A stretch of 59,583 nt of DNA from a virus (Duplodnaviria; Caudoviricetes): the IMG/VR virus record IMGVR_UViG_3300028025_004323, positions 1 through 59,583 of that record; one strand, 5' to 3'. Of this stretch, positions 29,603-40,400 are shown piece by piece. Every line of letters starts with the position of its first letter. Position 1 is the first letter of the stretch. The position numbers and the translations under genes were made by a program. Below the pieces are notes generated by a model. It searched no databases, was not told the origin of the DNA, and saw only the letters and a program-made list of their open reading frames with translations.

Positions 29603-30673
29603 ATGTCAAGAATACTACCAGAGAATTATCCTCTATATGATACTGTTTATGGAAGTGAGGTCCCAACAGAGCAATACTATGTTATATTGTTTGATAAATT
29701 ACCATCAAAATTTGTAAATAATTTAAGTTACGACCCAACTATAAAAACACATTTTATAGAGAATGAAGGGTTTTTTGAGGAGTGTAATATTTTTTCATCA
29801 AATAGAAGATATGATTTATCATCACAATGTTTATTTGTTAATAAAGAAAAACAAATAATGATTAGAATAACAGGTAATGTTACTAAAGACAAAGACCCGT
29901 TAGTCCAATTAGATATTGTGTATGATATTAAGAACGGTAAGTTAGAGGAACAATTGAAAATGGATGAAATCAAAACTTTCGAAAGAAAGAAAAAGAAAGC
30001 AAACATCCAATTAGTAAAAAGTGAAATGGGTCATTTGGACACAGAAGAATATGACTTGTTTATCCAACCAATGGATTTGGAATTAAATTACGGTACCAAC
30101 TTTAAAAGGGTACATGACGTGATTGTTGATAAATTAAATGAAACAAATGGTAAAGGAATTATTCTTTTACACGGGGACCCTGGCACTGGTAAGACATCAT
30201 ATATTAAACATTTAACCTCATTAATTAAAGAAAAGGATATTTTGTTTATTCCACCATCAATGGCGGAGATGTTATCCGAACCGTCTATCATTCCATTTTT
30301 AATGGACCACAAGAACTCAATTTTAATTATTGAGGACGCTGAGAGGGTAATTTCAGATAGAGAGGGGAATGGTTCACCTGCTGGAGTTTCGAACATCTTG
30401 AACCTTACAGATGGTATTTTAGGGGATTGTTTAAGTATTCAGATTGTGGCCACCTTTAATATGAAACGAGAGAAAATTGACCAAGCATTACTTAGAAAGG
30501 GTCGTCTAATTGCGGAACACAAATTTGGTAAACTGTCCGTGGAAGAATCGAACAATCTTCTAAAACATTTAGAAAAGGAACACGAAGTTTCCGAATCAAT
30601 GAGTTTGGCTGATATATATAATATAGATGTCGAATTAATAAAAACATCAAATAAAAGTAAAATAGGATTTTAA
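29603..30673 (+). CDS. AAA+ ATPase
   Basis: Walker A 'HGDPGTGKTS', Walker B 'LIIEDAE', 'ILNLTDG', SRH 'IDQALLRKGRL' and C-terminal 'KIGF'. Confidence 0.88.
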   Translation: MSRILPENYPLYDTVYGSEVPTEQYYVILFDKLPSKFVNNLSYDPTIKTHFIENEGFFEECNIFSSNRRYDLSSQCLFVNKEKQIMIRITGNVTKDKDPLVQLDIVYDIKNGKLEEQLKMDEIKTFERKKKKANIQLVKSEMGHLDTEEYDLFIQPMDLELNYGTNFKRVHDVIVDKLNETNGKGIILLHGDPGTGKTSYIKHLTSLIKEKDILFIPPSMAEMLSEPSIIPFLMDHKNSILIIEDAERVISDREGNGSPAGVSNILNLTDGILGDCLSIQIVATFNMKREKIDQALLRKGRLIAEHKFGKLSVEESNNLLKHLEKEHEVSESMSLADIYNIDVELIKTSNKSKIGF

Positions 30674-30676
30674 AAT

Positions 30677-30982
30677 ATGGAAAACGTAACATCAGATAAA
30701 GTAAAAGAATTACAATCACAAGGAAATAAAGTTTTAGTAGACTATTGGGCTAAATGGTGTGGTCCATGTAAATCACTAATACCAAGATTAGAAGGTTTAG
30801 AATCACAATACCCAAATGTCACATTTGTAAAAGTAGATGTGGATGAAAATATGGATGCTGCTTTAGATATGGGTATTCGTTCAGTACCAACTGTAATTAT
30901 TTACGATGGTGATAAATTGGTAAATCGTTCACAAGGAGCTCAACCAGAAGGATTTTATAAGGATATTTTAAATAATTTATAA
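30677..30982 (+). CDS. trxA: Thioredoxin
   Basis: 'DYWAKWCGPCK', 'VKVDVDE' and 'IRSVPT'. Confidence 0.92.
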   Translation: MENVTSDKVKELQSQGNKVLVDYWAKWCGPCKSLIPRLEGLESQYPNVTFVKVDVDENMDAALDMGIRSVPTVIIYDGDKLVNRSQGAQPEGFYKDILNNL

Positions 30983-30985
30983 ATT

Positions 30986-31255
30986 ATGAATAATATTGTT
31001 GTTTTTACTTTAAAAGGTTGCGGACATTGTGTGGAACTTAAAAAAGAATTAATTGTACGTGAAATACCATACAATGAAATCGAAATAAGTGAAAACGAGG
31101 AGATTTGGAATCAAGTGGTAAAACAAACAGGACATAATGCACTCCCAACCGTGTTTATAGGTCTCGAGGGGAATGAAAATGGTCCCGTTTTTGTTGCCGG
31201 TAGAGATTTTAAAGGTAAGGATGAGATTATCGAAATAATAAAAAAATACATATAA
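30986..31255 (+). CDS. Glutaredoxin/NrdH-like redoxin
   Basis: 'FTLKGCGHC' and 'TGHNALPTVFI'. Confidence 0.85.
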   Translation: MNNIVVFTLKGCGHCVELKKELIVREIPYNEIEISENEEIWNQVVKQTGHNALPTVFIGLEGNENGPVFVAGRDFKGKDEIIEIIKKYI

Positions 31256-31258
31256 AAT

Positions 31259-31286
31259 AAAAAAGGGACTAAATGTCCCTTTTTTT
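31259..31286 (+). terminator. Intrinsic terminator (likely bidirectional)
   Basis: AAAAAAGGGAC-TAAAT-GTCCC-TTTTTTT. Confidence 0.8.
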
Positions 31287-31335
31287 ATGCGAAGAAGTAG
31301 AATAAAAGTATTTATGTAAAAGACTTTACTTTTAC

Positions 31336-34029
31336 ATGGCATTACAACAGATAAATTGGACCCAGATTGATACCGCAACCGTACCCTCAGGGTCGATTAT
31401 TGATTTAGGGGCTGTTTCAGGATCATTACATGCGGTCTATGCTGATAATTTATATGTTTCAGGTTTATCCTTAACCGATTATATTAATCAAGCGGGTACA
31501 ACTGAATTAAATTTATATACAGCATCGTTAAAGACTGCTATTGAAACCACCGGATCAAATTTAACGGTCAAAGGTAATCTTTTAGTTAAAGGAACAACAA
31601 CCGCAGTTAACTCAACGACCGTAGCAATCGGTGATAATATCATCGAATTAAATGGTACTGAGGCGGTAAACGGAGGTTTATTAATTAAAGACCCAACAAA
31701 CCCAAATAGAATTTCTGGTTCCTTATTATGGGACACCACAAACGATTATTGGATTGCGGGAGCATTAGGAAGCGAAGAAAAAATAATATTAATAAGTGAA
31801 CTTAATAGTGCTACGTCATCATTATCTTCATCTATTAATACCCTATCAAGTTCGTTATCATCTTCAATATCAAATATCTCATCTTCGTTTTCAGCATCAA
31901 TTACCTATTTACAAGACACAAATATTTGGCAACCGACGGGTTCGTTTTATGCAACAAATGAAAGTATTCAAATAACTGGTAGTGGTGCGTTATTAAATTC
32001 ACCCGATGGTTCGGTTATTGGAAAATACGCATTAGAGGTTTCAGAATCAATACATGCCGCCAACATAAATGTCGGTAATCCAACATCAAACAATTGGCAA
32101 ACAAGTTTAGAGGGTTCTTATTTTAATAATTTTAATTCAAATACAGATGTATCTGAAATATTAAGATTTATGGCGGGTTTACTATCCGCTTCAGCACCTG
32201 ACGCTTCACCAAATACAAAGGGTTATAGTGGATACACAAAAAATAATGTAAACACAACTACAGGTACAGTTACCGCAGGTAGTATACCACAAAGTTCTAC
32301 CAACACAACAATTACTTATTTACAAGAAAAGGGATTTGCAACAACAGGTTCTACAATTTTTAGTGGAATATCACCAATACAAACACAAACAAATTACGGT
32401 CACACATTTACAAGTGTTGCTTCAGGTAGTACAATAGTATCATCGTCTGTTGATTCACAACTATTTGGTTTAGGTACTTTAAGTAGCGGAACACCAACAT
32501 CATTTAAAGTATCGGGTTCTTTTAATTTTAAATTTAAAAATAATAGTTCTAAGACAGATACCGCAACTTCAAGTTCACAAGCTATTATAACACAATCAGG
32601 TGCTGGTACAACAAGTGGAGTTTCATTAGCAAGAATAAACACAGCAAATAATGCGGTTATTCCACCGGCATATCAAGATGGTAAATACGCATCGATATTT
32701 TCACCTTCATTATATGGTGCAAGTAGTGATGTGAGTTCAAGTGGTTGGTATCACATATCAAGTTCAATTAGTATTGCGAGTGGATCAAGTCCATATACTA
32801 CACCAATTGTTAATAATACGGAAGTATTTTACGCTCCATTATCGACAATATCAACAAATATACCGGCGCAAACACCAACATTTAGTGGTGTAAATGTAAA
32901 TGCAATATCGGCAACTTCTCGTTCGTTAAGTGGAGCACCTTATTTAAGTTCTGCAACCTATACGATTTCGGGATCAATATTGGGAGTGTTTAATCCATTA
33001 TATTATGCGGGTAGTGGTATTGTGACTATAACCGATTCGGATGCTTTAGTTAGTGAATCTGGCGGCATTTTAACAGTATCAACTGCGGGTGGAACAATAC
33101 AAACGGCAAACGCGGTATTTGATTCTACAGGAACCACACCAAGATCAACAAGTACAGTTCCGTATGAAACTGACATTATTAAAGTTTATACAACATCATC
33201 ATTTGCGCCTGGTACGACTGATGAAAACATAAATCAAACAGGTTTAGGAACAACATCTTTCTCCTTATATATAAACGCCTTAAATAAGGCGGGTTCCACA
33301 ACAACAAACACATCAACGGTTTCATACCATACTGCAGGAAATTTTGGACAACCATCGGTAAGTGGTAGTTTAGCATACTACGGTAGAACACAAGGTGCCG
33401 ATACCGCAACTGCTTTAGTTGAATCCTTTACTGGTGAAAATAATCGTTTAGTTTTAAATGACAATATACTTTCATTCACAGGTACTGCATGGACAACATC
33501 ATTTGGTTTATATAATTTAGGTTCAACAGACTTACAAGTTAAACCTGGTTATTTAGTTAAGCCTGGCGGAACATACGGATATTGGTTGACAAACCCATCA
33601 TCTGCAAGTGATTACAAATATTATATTCGTAAGTTCTCAACTACAGGAACCAAATCAACAATGACGTTAAATTTAGGTCAAACAATAGTTGGATGGGATA
33701 CTACAACAAATAATTCGATAGGTGCGGTGATTTTATTTGAATCGTCTAAAAGTGGAGTTTATACACCACCGAGATTTTATGACCCTTCAAAAACAACATC
33801 AAATTTTGTTAATAATATAAGTGCAAATACAGATGGTCAAAATCCATTCGGTTCAACAATCGCACTTTACGGTAACACAGGAGGTTCATTATCAAGCACC
33901 ACCTACACATTACCAATAAGAAATGCGGATGGTATGTTTATAAATGCATCATATGATGAAATTTATGTTTTAGTGAGATATAAAGGAGACCCAACACCAA
34001 TAACAGGAATAACAGTAACTTTTAGTTAA
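31336..34029 (+). CDS. Ser/Thr/Gly-rich virion structural (fibre/decoration) protein
   Basis: 897 aa; 'GNLLVKGTTTAVNSTTVAIGDNIIELN...LLWD' fibre module; TATTTATG at 31309. Confidence 0.7.
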   Translation: MALQQINWTQIDTATVPSGSIIDLGAVSGSLHAVYADNLYVSGLSLTDYINQAGTTELNLYTASLKTAIETTGSNLTVKGNLLVKGTTTAVNSTTVAIGDNIIELNGTEAVNGGLLIKDPTNPNRISGSLLWDTTNDYWIAGALGSEEKIILISELNSATSSLSSSINTLSSSLSSSISNISSSFSASITYLQDTNIWQPTGSFYATNESIQITGSGALLNSPDGSVIGKYALEVSESIHAANINVGNPTSNNWQTSLEGSYFNNFNSNTDVSEILRFMAGLLSASAPDASPNTKGYSGYTKNNVNTTTGTVTAGSIPQSSTNTTITYLQEKGFATTGSTIFSGISPIQTQTNYGHTFTSVASGSTIVSSSVDSQLFGLGTLSSGTPTSFKVSGSFNFKFKNNSSKTDTATSSSQAIITQSGAGTTSGVSLARINTANNAVIPPAYQDGKYASIFSPSLYGASSDVSSSGWYHISSSISIASGSSPYTTPIVNNTEVFYAPLSTISTNIPAQTPTFSGVNVNAISATSRSLSGAPYLSSATYTISGSILGVFNPLYYAGSGIVTITDSDALVSESGGILTVSTAGGTIQTANAVFDSTGTTPRSTSTVPYETDIIKVYTTSSFAPGTTDENINQTGLGTTSFSLYINALNKAGSTTTNTSTVSYHTAGNFGQPSVSGSLAYYGRTQGADTATALVESFTGENNRLVLNDNILSFTGTAWTTSFGLYNLGSTDLQVKPGYLVKPGGTYGYWLTNPSSASDYKYYIRKFSTTGTKSTMTLNLGQTIVGWDTTTNNSIGAVILFESSKSGVYTPPRFYDPSKTTSNFVNNISANTDGQNPFGSTIALYGNTGGSLSSTTYTLPIRNADGMFINASYDEIYVLVRYKGDPTPITGITVTFS

Positions 34030-34043
34030 TAATTATATAGTAG

Positions 34044-35081
34044 ATGGCAGCAATAGATAGTACAAAAAAATCCGCTAGGTTTCTCCAAGGTAGACGTTAT
34101 ACACACGACACATATACCGATGCTCAAGAAGCATTTACTTCGGTCTTGGATATTAATGCGGATGAAATTTATATTGACCAAGATTTAATACCAAGTAGTG
34201 GTTTACCATATAACAGTTCAGGTGATAATGGATTAGTTTACTCAAGTAACGGACAACAAGTAATGAAATATTACTACCGTTATAGAATGACTAAATCCGA
34301 TTTAAATAACGAGGTTTGGTTTTTTACAAATCCAACAGGATCAACATCGGGTATTGGTGCACAATTAATAGATTCAGGTCAAGAGACCAATTTTATTTCA
34401 CCGAAATATTCAGTTCCATCATTGGCAAATGCTAATACGGAAGATGCAACTCCGGGTTATGGTGTTAAAGTATTAATTGACGGAACACAACAATCTGTAA
34501 ACAATTATGCATTTGACTATAAAACGGGAGTTTTACAATTTGCAACATCTGCGGTGGCGCCAACGGCTGGACAAGTTGTAACAATATCAGTTTATCAATA
34601 TGTTGGTAGAACATTATCTTCACAAGTCGGTGGAGGAGGTTCTACGGTTTATGATATTTTTAAACCTACAGGTTCATTTTTTGCAACAACAAATGATTTA
34701 CAAGTTACAGGTTCTTTAAAGATAACATCAGGTCCTGCTTTATTTGTTAGTTCAAGTATAACCGCAAACAATAGTGATTTATATCTTACAAGTGGTAGTG
34801 GTCTTTACATTAAAGATAACGCACTCGTTGATATTACAGGTTCTCTTAATATGTCAGGTTCCGTTGTTATTAAAGGAGACTTAACAGTTGAGGGAAAAAC
34901 GACATTAATACAAAAATTAGACCCCAATATAGAATCTTTAGTGGTTTCTGGAGCCATGAGTATTGTACAAAATCAAATAAATTCACAAGTGGTTGCGGCT
35001 TCATTAACGATACAAAATCTTGGAACATGGGCTGATAGGTCAAATAATTCCATAATTGATTGTGGAGATGGCTTTTTCTAA
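34044..35081 (+). CDS. Virion structural protein
   Basis: 345 aa; 'FDYKTGVLQF', the shared 'PTGSFFATTNDLQVTGS' module and a C-terminal 'IDCGDGFF'. Confidence 0.65.
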   Translation: MAAIDSTKKSARFLQGRRYTHDTYTDAQEAFTSVLDINADEIYIDQDLIPSSGLPYNSSGDNGLVYSSNGQQVMKYYYRYRMTKSDLNNEVWFFTNPTGSTSGIGAQLIDSGQETNFISPKYSVPSLANANTEDATPGYGVKVLIDGTQQSVNNYAFDYKTGVLQFATSAVAPTAGQVVTISVYQYVGRTLSSQVGGGGSTVYDIFKPTGSFFATTNDLQVTGSLKITSGPALFVSSSITANNSDLYLTSGSGLYIKDNALVDITGSLNMSGSVVIKGDLTVEGKTTLIQKLDPNIESLVVSGAMSIVQNQINSQVVAASLTIQNLGTWADRSNNSIIDCGDGFF

Positions 35082-35123
35082 TTAAAAATAAAGTATTTAT
35101 ATAAAACAAAGTAAAGACAAAAC

Positions 35124-37307
35124 ATGGCACAAATAATTAAACACAGAAGAGGTTCGATATCAGCACTAAAAGATGTTTCTGCAAACATCGGTGAATTGGT
35201 AATGGGAACAGGTTCTATAGGAGATTTAAATGCTCCCGTACTATTCATCGGTGACACAGCAGTTGCGGGTGGGTATAAACCTGTATCTAAAATTTATCAA
35301 GGAACTACCGCACCTACAATTAGTGTTGGGTCTCACGGTTCGACTATGGACGGATTACCCTTCTACTCTACAGGTACAAAAACATTATACATTTTAGATA
35401 AAGGTGGTAATAGTGCCATTAACCTAACAGGTAACATTGAAGGAAATACAATTTCGGGAGTCACAATTAATAATTTAACAGGTACAACTATTAATTTATC
35501 ATCAACTGGTACATCATTAAATATAACTGGTGATATTGTACAAACAGGTTCATTTTATACATCTGGTGATATTGTTTTAAGAGGTAATATTAATATTGGT
35601 GATAATTTAACAGGTGACACTTTGACTTTAAATAGTGAAATCAGTTCATCACTTATACCTGATGTTAATAATGCGTTTAACCTCGGTACTGCCGAAAAGA
35701 GTTGGGGAAATCTACATGTTAGTGGAACTGCATATGTTAATGTTTTACAAGCAAATCAAGTAAATTTCTCAGATTTGGGTATCCTAGAAGATTTATCTGT
35801 AAGTGGTAACACTTATTTAGGTAATGGTGGAGACATCTTAGTAGTTTCAGGTTCGGCATATTATGATAGTTTAACAAACAATAGAGTTGTTATTGCAGGT
35901 ACTAACGGACTATTAGAAGACGATGCAAATTTTACATTTGACGGAACAAAATTAAGTGTTGGCGCTGGTGACTTTGAAGTTGATGTTTTAAGTGGTGACA
36001 CAAGAATGTCAGGTTCGTTATTGGTTAAAAATGGTGCTACGGTAACAGGTTCATTTAAATTAAATGATAGTGCCACTAACTTTAGTATTGTGGGTAATGG
36101 GTTTGGACAAACAAGTTTAATATCCCCAGATGGTGCAATTGTAATGACACCTGGATTGTATGGTGTTCAAATAAATGGTGCAAACCCTGATTTAAGTGTA
36201 AATGGTAGTGAGTACCTTAATGGTAATTTATTTGTTGGTGGAAGTGGTAAAGTAACTGGTTCATTTGAAGCGGTTGGAGCAACAAGTTTAGATTCAACTT
36301 TAACTGTTACGGGTTCTGCAACCTTAAAATCAACACTACAAGTAAATTCAACATCGGAATTAAAAGGTGCGGTTACCGCGAATTCAACCTTAACGGTTAC
36401 AGGTTCTGCAACATTTAAAGATAATGTAAACGTATCTGGAGATACCATAACAATTGGCTCTGAATATGTGAATACAAATTTATTTGTTGGTGGTAATGGT
36501 AAAGTAACGGGGTCGTTTGAGGTAGTAAGTTCCACAAATTTAGATGATACGTTAACAGTATCGGGCTCAGCAACATTTAAAAGTACATTAAATGTAACAG
36601 GAGCAACAACAATTGATGGTTTAACAACAATTAACGATAATGCGGTTGTAAATGGTGTCTTAACCGTAACAGGTAACACACAATTACAATCTAATTTGTA
36701 TGTATCAGGTAATTTAGAAGTATTAGGGTCATCAACAAATGTAACAATACAATCACAAACTGTAGAAATTGACGATAACATCATTAGAATGAACGCATAT
36801 TCTCCTTTCTTGAGATATGCGGGTTTTGAAGTAATGGATTCAGGTTCGTCAGGTGTTTCTTCATCAATGTTATGGGATTCACAAAATGATTATTGGTTAT
36901 TAACAAATCAAAATGGTTCTGGTAGTAAGTTTATTGGTACAACATTCGGAGCACAAGGTTCTGAAGTTAGTTTAACAAGTGGAACAATACCAAAAGCAAC
37001 ATCCACAAACACGGTTGGTGATAGTTTATTAACAGATAACGCAACAACATTAAGTTATAATACCAATAAATTTCAAGTAACTGCGTCAGATGGTGCAACT
37101 TTAATTGCTGGTAACGTAACTGTAAGCGCTGCCGGTGGTGCAGATGCAGGAAGTAAAACATCTGCAATTGTTTTCAGAAACTCATCAAATGTTTTAGGAT
37201 ATGTTTCAACAACTGAATCAACAGATGTTCTTGATGGAATTTTAGGATATAAAAATTCAGATGGAGCTCTTAAGTTCTCAACCGTAATTGACGGAGGAAC
37301 ATATTAA
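35124..37307 (+). CDS. Fibre protein with an Mtd-N/hyaluronidase-N-like start and beta-repeat shaft
   Basis: 'MAQIIKHRRG...GEL', an internal duplication of NLFVGGxGKVTGSFE...TLTVxGSATxKSTL, C-terminal 'IDGGTY'; TATTTATA at 35094. Confidence 0.7.
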   Translation: MAQIIKHRRGSISALKDVSANIGELVMGTGSIGDLNAPVLFIGDTAVAGGYKPVSKIYQGTTAPTISVGSHGSTMDGLPFYSTGTKTLYILDKGGNSAINLTGNIEGNTISGVTINNLTGTTINLSSTGTSLNITGDIVQTGSFYTSGDIVLRGNINIGDNLTGDTLTLNSEISSSLIPDVNNAFNLGTAEKSWGNLHVSGTAYVNVLQANQVNFSDLGILEDLSVSGNTYLGNGGDILVVSGSAYYDSLTNNRVVIAGTNGLLEDDANFTFDGTKLSVGAGDFEVDVLSGDTRMSGSLLVKNGATVTGSFKLNDSATNFSIVGNGFGQTSLISPDGAIVMTPGLYGVQINGANPDLSVNGSEYLNGNLFVGGSGKVTGSFEAVGATSLDSTLTVTGSATLKSTLQVNSTSELKGAVTANSTLTVTGSATFKDNVNVSGDTITIGSEYVNTNLFVGGNGKVTGSFEVVSSTNLDDTLTVSGSATFKSTLNVTGATTIDGLTTINDNAVVNGVLTVTGNTQLQSNLYVSGNLEVLGSSTNVTIQSQTVEIDDNIIRMNAYSPFLRYAGFEVMDSGSSGVSSSMLWDSQNDYWLLTNQNGSGSKFIGTTFGAQGSEVSLTSGTIPKATSTNTVGDSLLTDNATTLSYNTNKFQVTASDGATLIAGNVTVSAAGGADAGSKTSAIVFRNSSNVLGYVSTTESTDVLDGILGYKNSDGALKFSTVIDGGTY

Positions 37308-37329
37308 TATGGTTTAAAAATAATAAAAT

Positions 37330-37359
37330 AAAGGGAGGTCTAAAAAACCTCCTTTTTTT
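37330..37359 (+). terminator. Intrinsic terminator
   Basis: GGAGGT-CTAAAAA-ACCTCC-TTTTTTT. Confidence 0.8.
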
Positions 37360-37455
37360 ATTTATTTAATCCTACTTTTTGTGTATTTATAGTTAAGACC
37401 TATATAGGTCAATTAACCGTGGTACATACCACAAATCATAGGAGAGAACATATAT

Positions 37456-40400
37456 ATGTCACAAATAGTAAAACTGCGTAGGAGTAGTGTACCCGGTCAA
37501 AAACCCACTAACTCAAATTTACAATTAGGCGAATTAGCGTTAAATACTAGTGACGGTAAGGTTTACATGTCCAAATCTGGTTCTCTCGGACCATCAGTTG
37601 AGGAATTAATCTCAACAAACACGGTTAATACAGGTTCAGTTAATATTAGTGGTAGTTTCAATTTAGAAGGTAATCAAAGCATTACTGGTTCATTATTAAT
37701 TGGTACAGGGTCATTTCATCCAAATAATCCTGAAATATTACACGTACAGAATAGTGGTAGTATTAATATTGCACATTTCCAAGCCAATAATGAATCTTAT
37801 GTACAGATAAACGTTAAAAATACAAATTCAGGAACAGGATCTAGTGGAGATATAGTTGTAACCGCAGACAATGGTAATGAAGGGATTCATTATGTTGATA
37901 TGGGTATAAACTCATCAACATATAATGCTGGTTATGTTGGATATGCAAATGATGCATATCTTATAAATGCGGGTAAAGATTTATATGTCGGTACTTTAGG
38001 TGGAATTAATCATCCATCAAATGTTAAATTATTTGCACAAAACAATTGGGAAAATCCACAAATTGAAATTAGTGGATCAAAACAAATTTCATTTAATACA
38101 GGTTCGGTAAGTAGTGGATACACATATGAATTTAGTGGTAGTATAAAGGCTGACCATAATTTAAATGTTGTTGGTCATGTAACTGCTAATCAATTTACTG
38201 GTAGTGCACTTGGTTTAACAAACGTACCATTTCATATTACAGGTTCAGATGTTGAGGGTAACACATATAACAAACAATTTACAAAATTACAATTTGACGA
38301 TAGTACAGGATTAAATGTTAGTGAATCAGTTCCTGGAACTGCGTTCATATCGATTGGTTCACACTTTAAAGATATTTTTGTTTCGGGTTCACCAATATTA
38401 AGTGCAACTGGTTCAGATGCATTTGAAATTATACCATTAGGTGGTATTCAAGTGACAACGTCAATCACAGATACAAATGCTAATGGTTATGTTAAAGAAC
38501 TAACAATCAGCGCTGCGAGTTTATCCTCCTCATTAAATAATAGAATTGATATTATAACAGGTTCCTTAGATGGTATAATAAATTCATTTGAAATATTTTC
38601 AGGTTCTCTTAATACATTTACATCAAGTGTTGTTTTAACATCACAAACAAGTTCAATGAATGTTTTAAGCGCATCATACGCATTAACTGCGGCGTTCGCA
38701 TTAAATGCTGGTGCGGGTGGTACTGGTGGAGGAGCTGCTATTGGATCGTATAATTCATTGATTGTTACAAGTGCGGCAAGTACTTGGAGTTTTCAACATA
38801 ATACAGGTCAAAAATATCCAATATTTCAAGTATTCGATAATAATGGTTATGTGGTTATACCAAGTCAAATTAGAGCAATTGATGACGACAATGCTGAAAT
38901 TATTTTCCCAAGTGCACAAACAGGTAGAGTTATTGCTTCACTTGGAGGAGGTAATGGAACAACATTACCATTCACGAGTTCATCTTTATGGACGGTTAAT
39001 CACAATTTAAACACAGACTATCCGGATGTTACAATTTGGGACTCAAATAGAAATATAATTTTCCCAAATAGAATTGAATCGGTTAATAGTAACCAAGTAA
39101 AAATATATTTTAGTCAGGCAATATCTGGACACGTAAGTTTATCAAGAGGTGGTCATATTGTAAGTGGAAGTGGTGCAATTGGATTAAGTGATATTACTTG
39201 GGCAAACTTATTAAACAAACCATCAGGTTTAGTTTCGGGTTCATCACAGTTAACAGGTTCATACGATACTCGTTATGTGTTGAGCGGTTCAATTACACAA
39301 ACAACTTGGGATAATATTGCAAACAAACCGAGCGGATTAATATCAGGTTCGGTACAAGTAGAATTAACAGGAACAACAGGTTATTCAACATTTAGTAGTT
39401 CAATAAGTTCATCAATAGGTTCTTTATCTTCATCTGTTGCAACAACAACAAGTGGATTAACAAGTACAATTACAACTTTAAGTTCTTCATTATCTGGTTC
39501 GATTGATAGTTTAAGTTCTAGTGTTGCTTCAATTAACAACACACAAAATGGAAGATTAGATTCACTTGAAACTGCAAGCGGTAGTATTAGAACAGATTTT
39601 AATTCTTTTACCTCATCATATACAACAGTATCAGGTTCATTAGATTCAAGACTTGATGTTCTTGAAGCATATAGTGGTTCACAATTGGTACCATCATCAT
39701 CAATGTCATTTAGAACATTGGAAACCAGTGTATATTGTAAGAATATAACGGGTGTTCAAATTAATAAAGGTACCGTTGTTAGAATTGTTGGTTCGGTGGG
39801 TGATAATCCTTTAATCGCACCGGCTAGTTTACTTACTGAAGGGAGTTCAGCAAATACTTTGGGTATTGCAACACAGAATATACCAAACGATGATTTTGGT
39901 ATGGTAATTACTGAAGGTATATTAATTGGTGTTAACACTAGTGGCATGACCGCCGGTGATTTATTATATCTAGGTGCAAACGGTACTTTTACAACAAGCC
40001 CACCAGCCGCGCCAAATCACGGTGTTCGTCTTGGAGAGGTATTAAGAGTTCAACAAAACCAAGGTTCAATTTATGTTCGTGTTGATAATGGAATTGAATT
40101 AAACGAGGCTCACGATGTAATATATTCAAGTATTAGTCATGGTGACTTATTAATTAGAAGTGGTAGTGTTTGGAAAAATAGTAAATCATTAGAAGGTAAT
40201 TATGTTGTTACAGGTAGTTTAACAATTACACAAAATCTAACAGTATTAGGTTCCTCATCAATAACATATGTAACATCATCACAATTACAAGTTGCCACTT
40301 CAACAATCTCTGTCAATGTTTTCGAACCAGCAGAAAGATTTGGTGGACTAAAAGTTTATGATAGTGGTAGTTCATCTGCAACAGCATCATTATTATGGGA

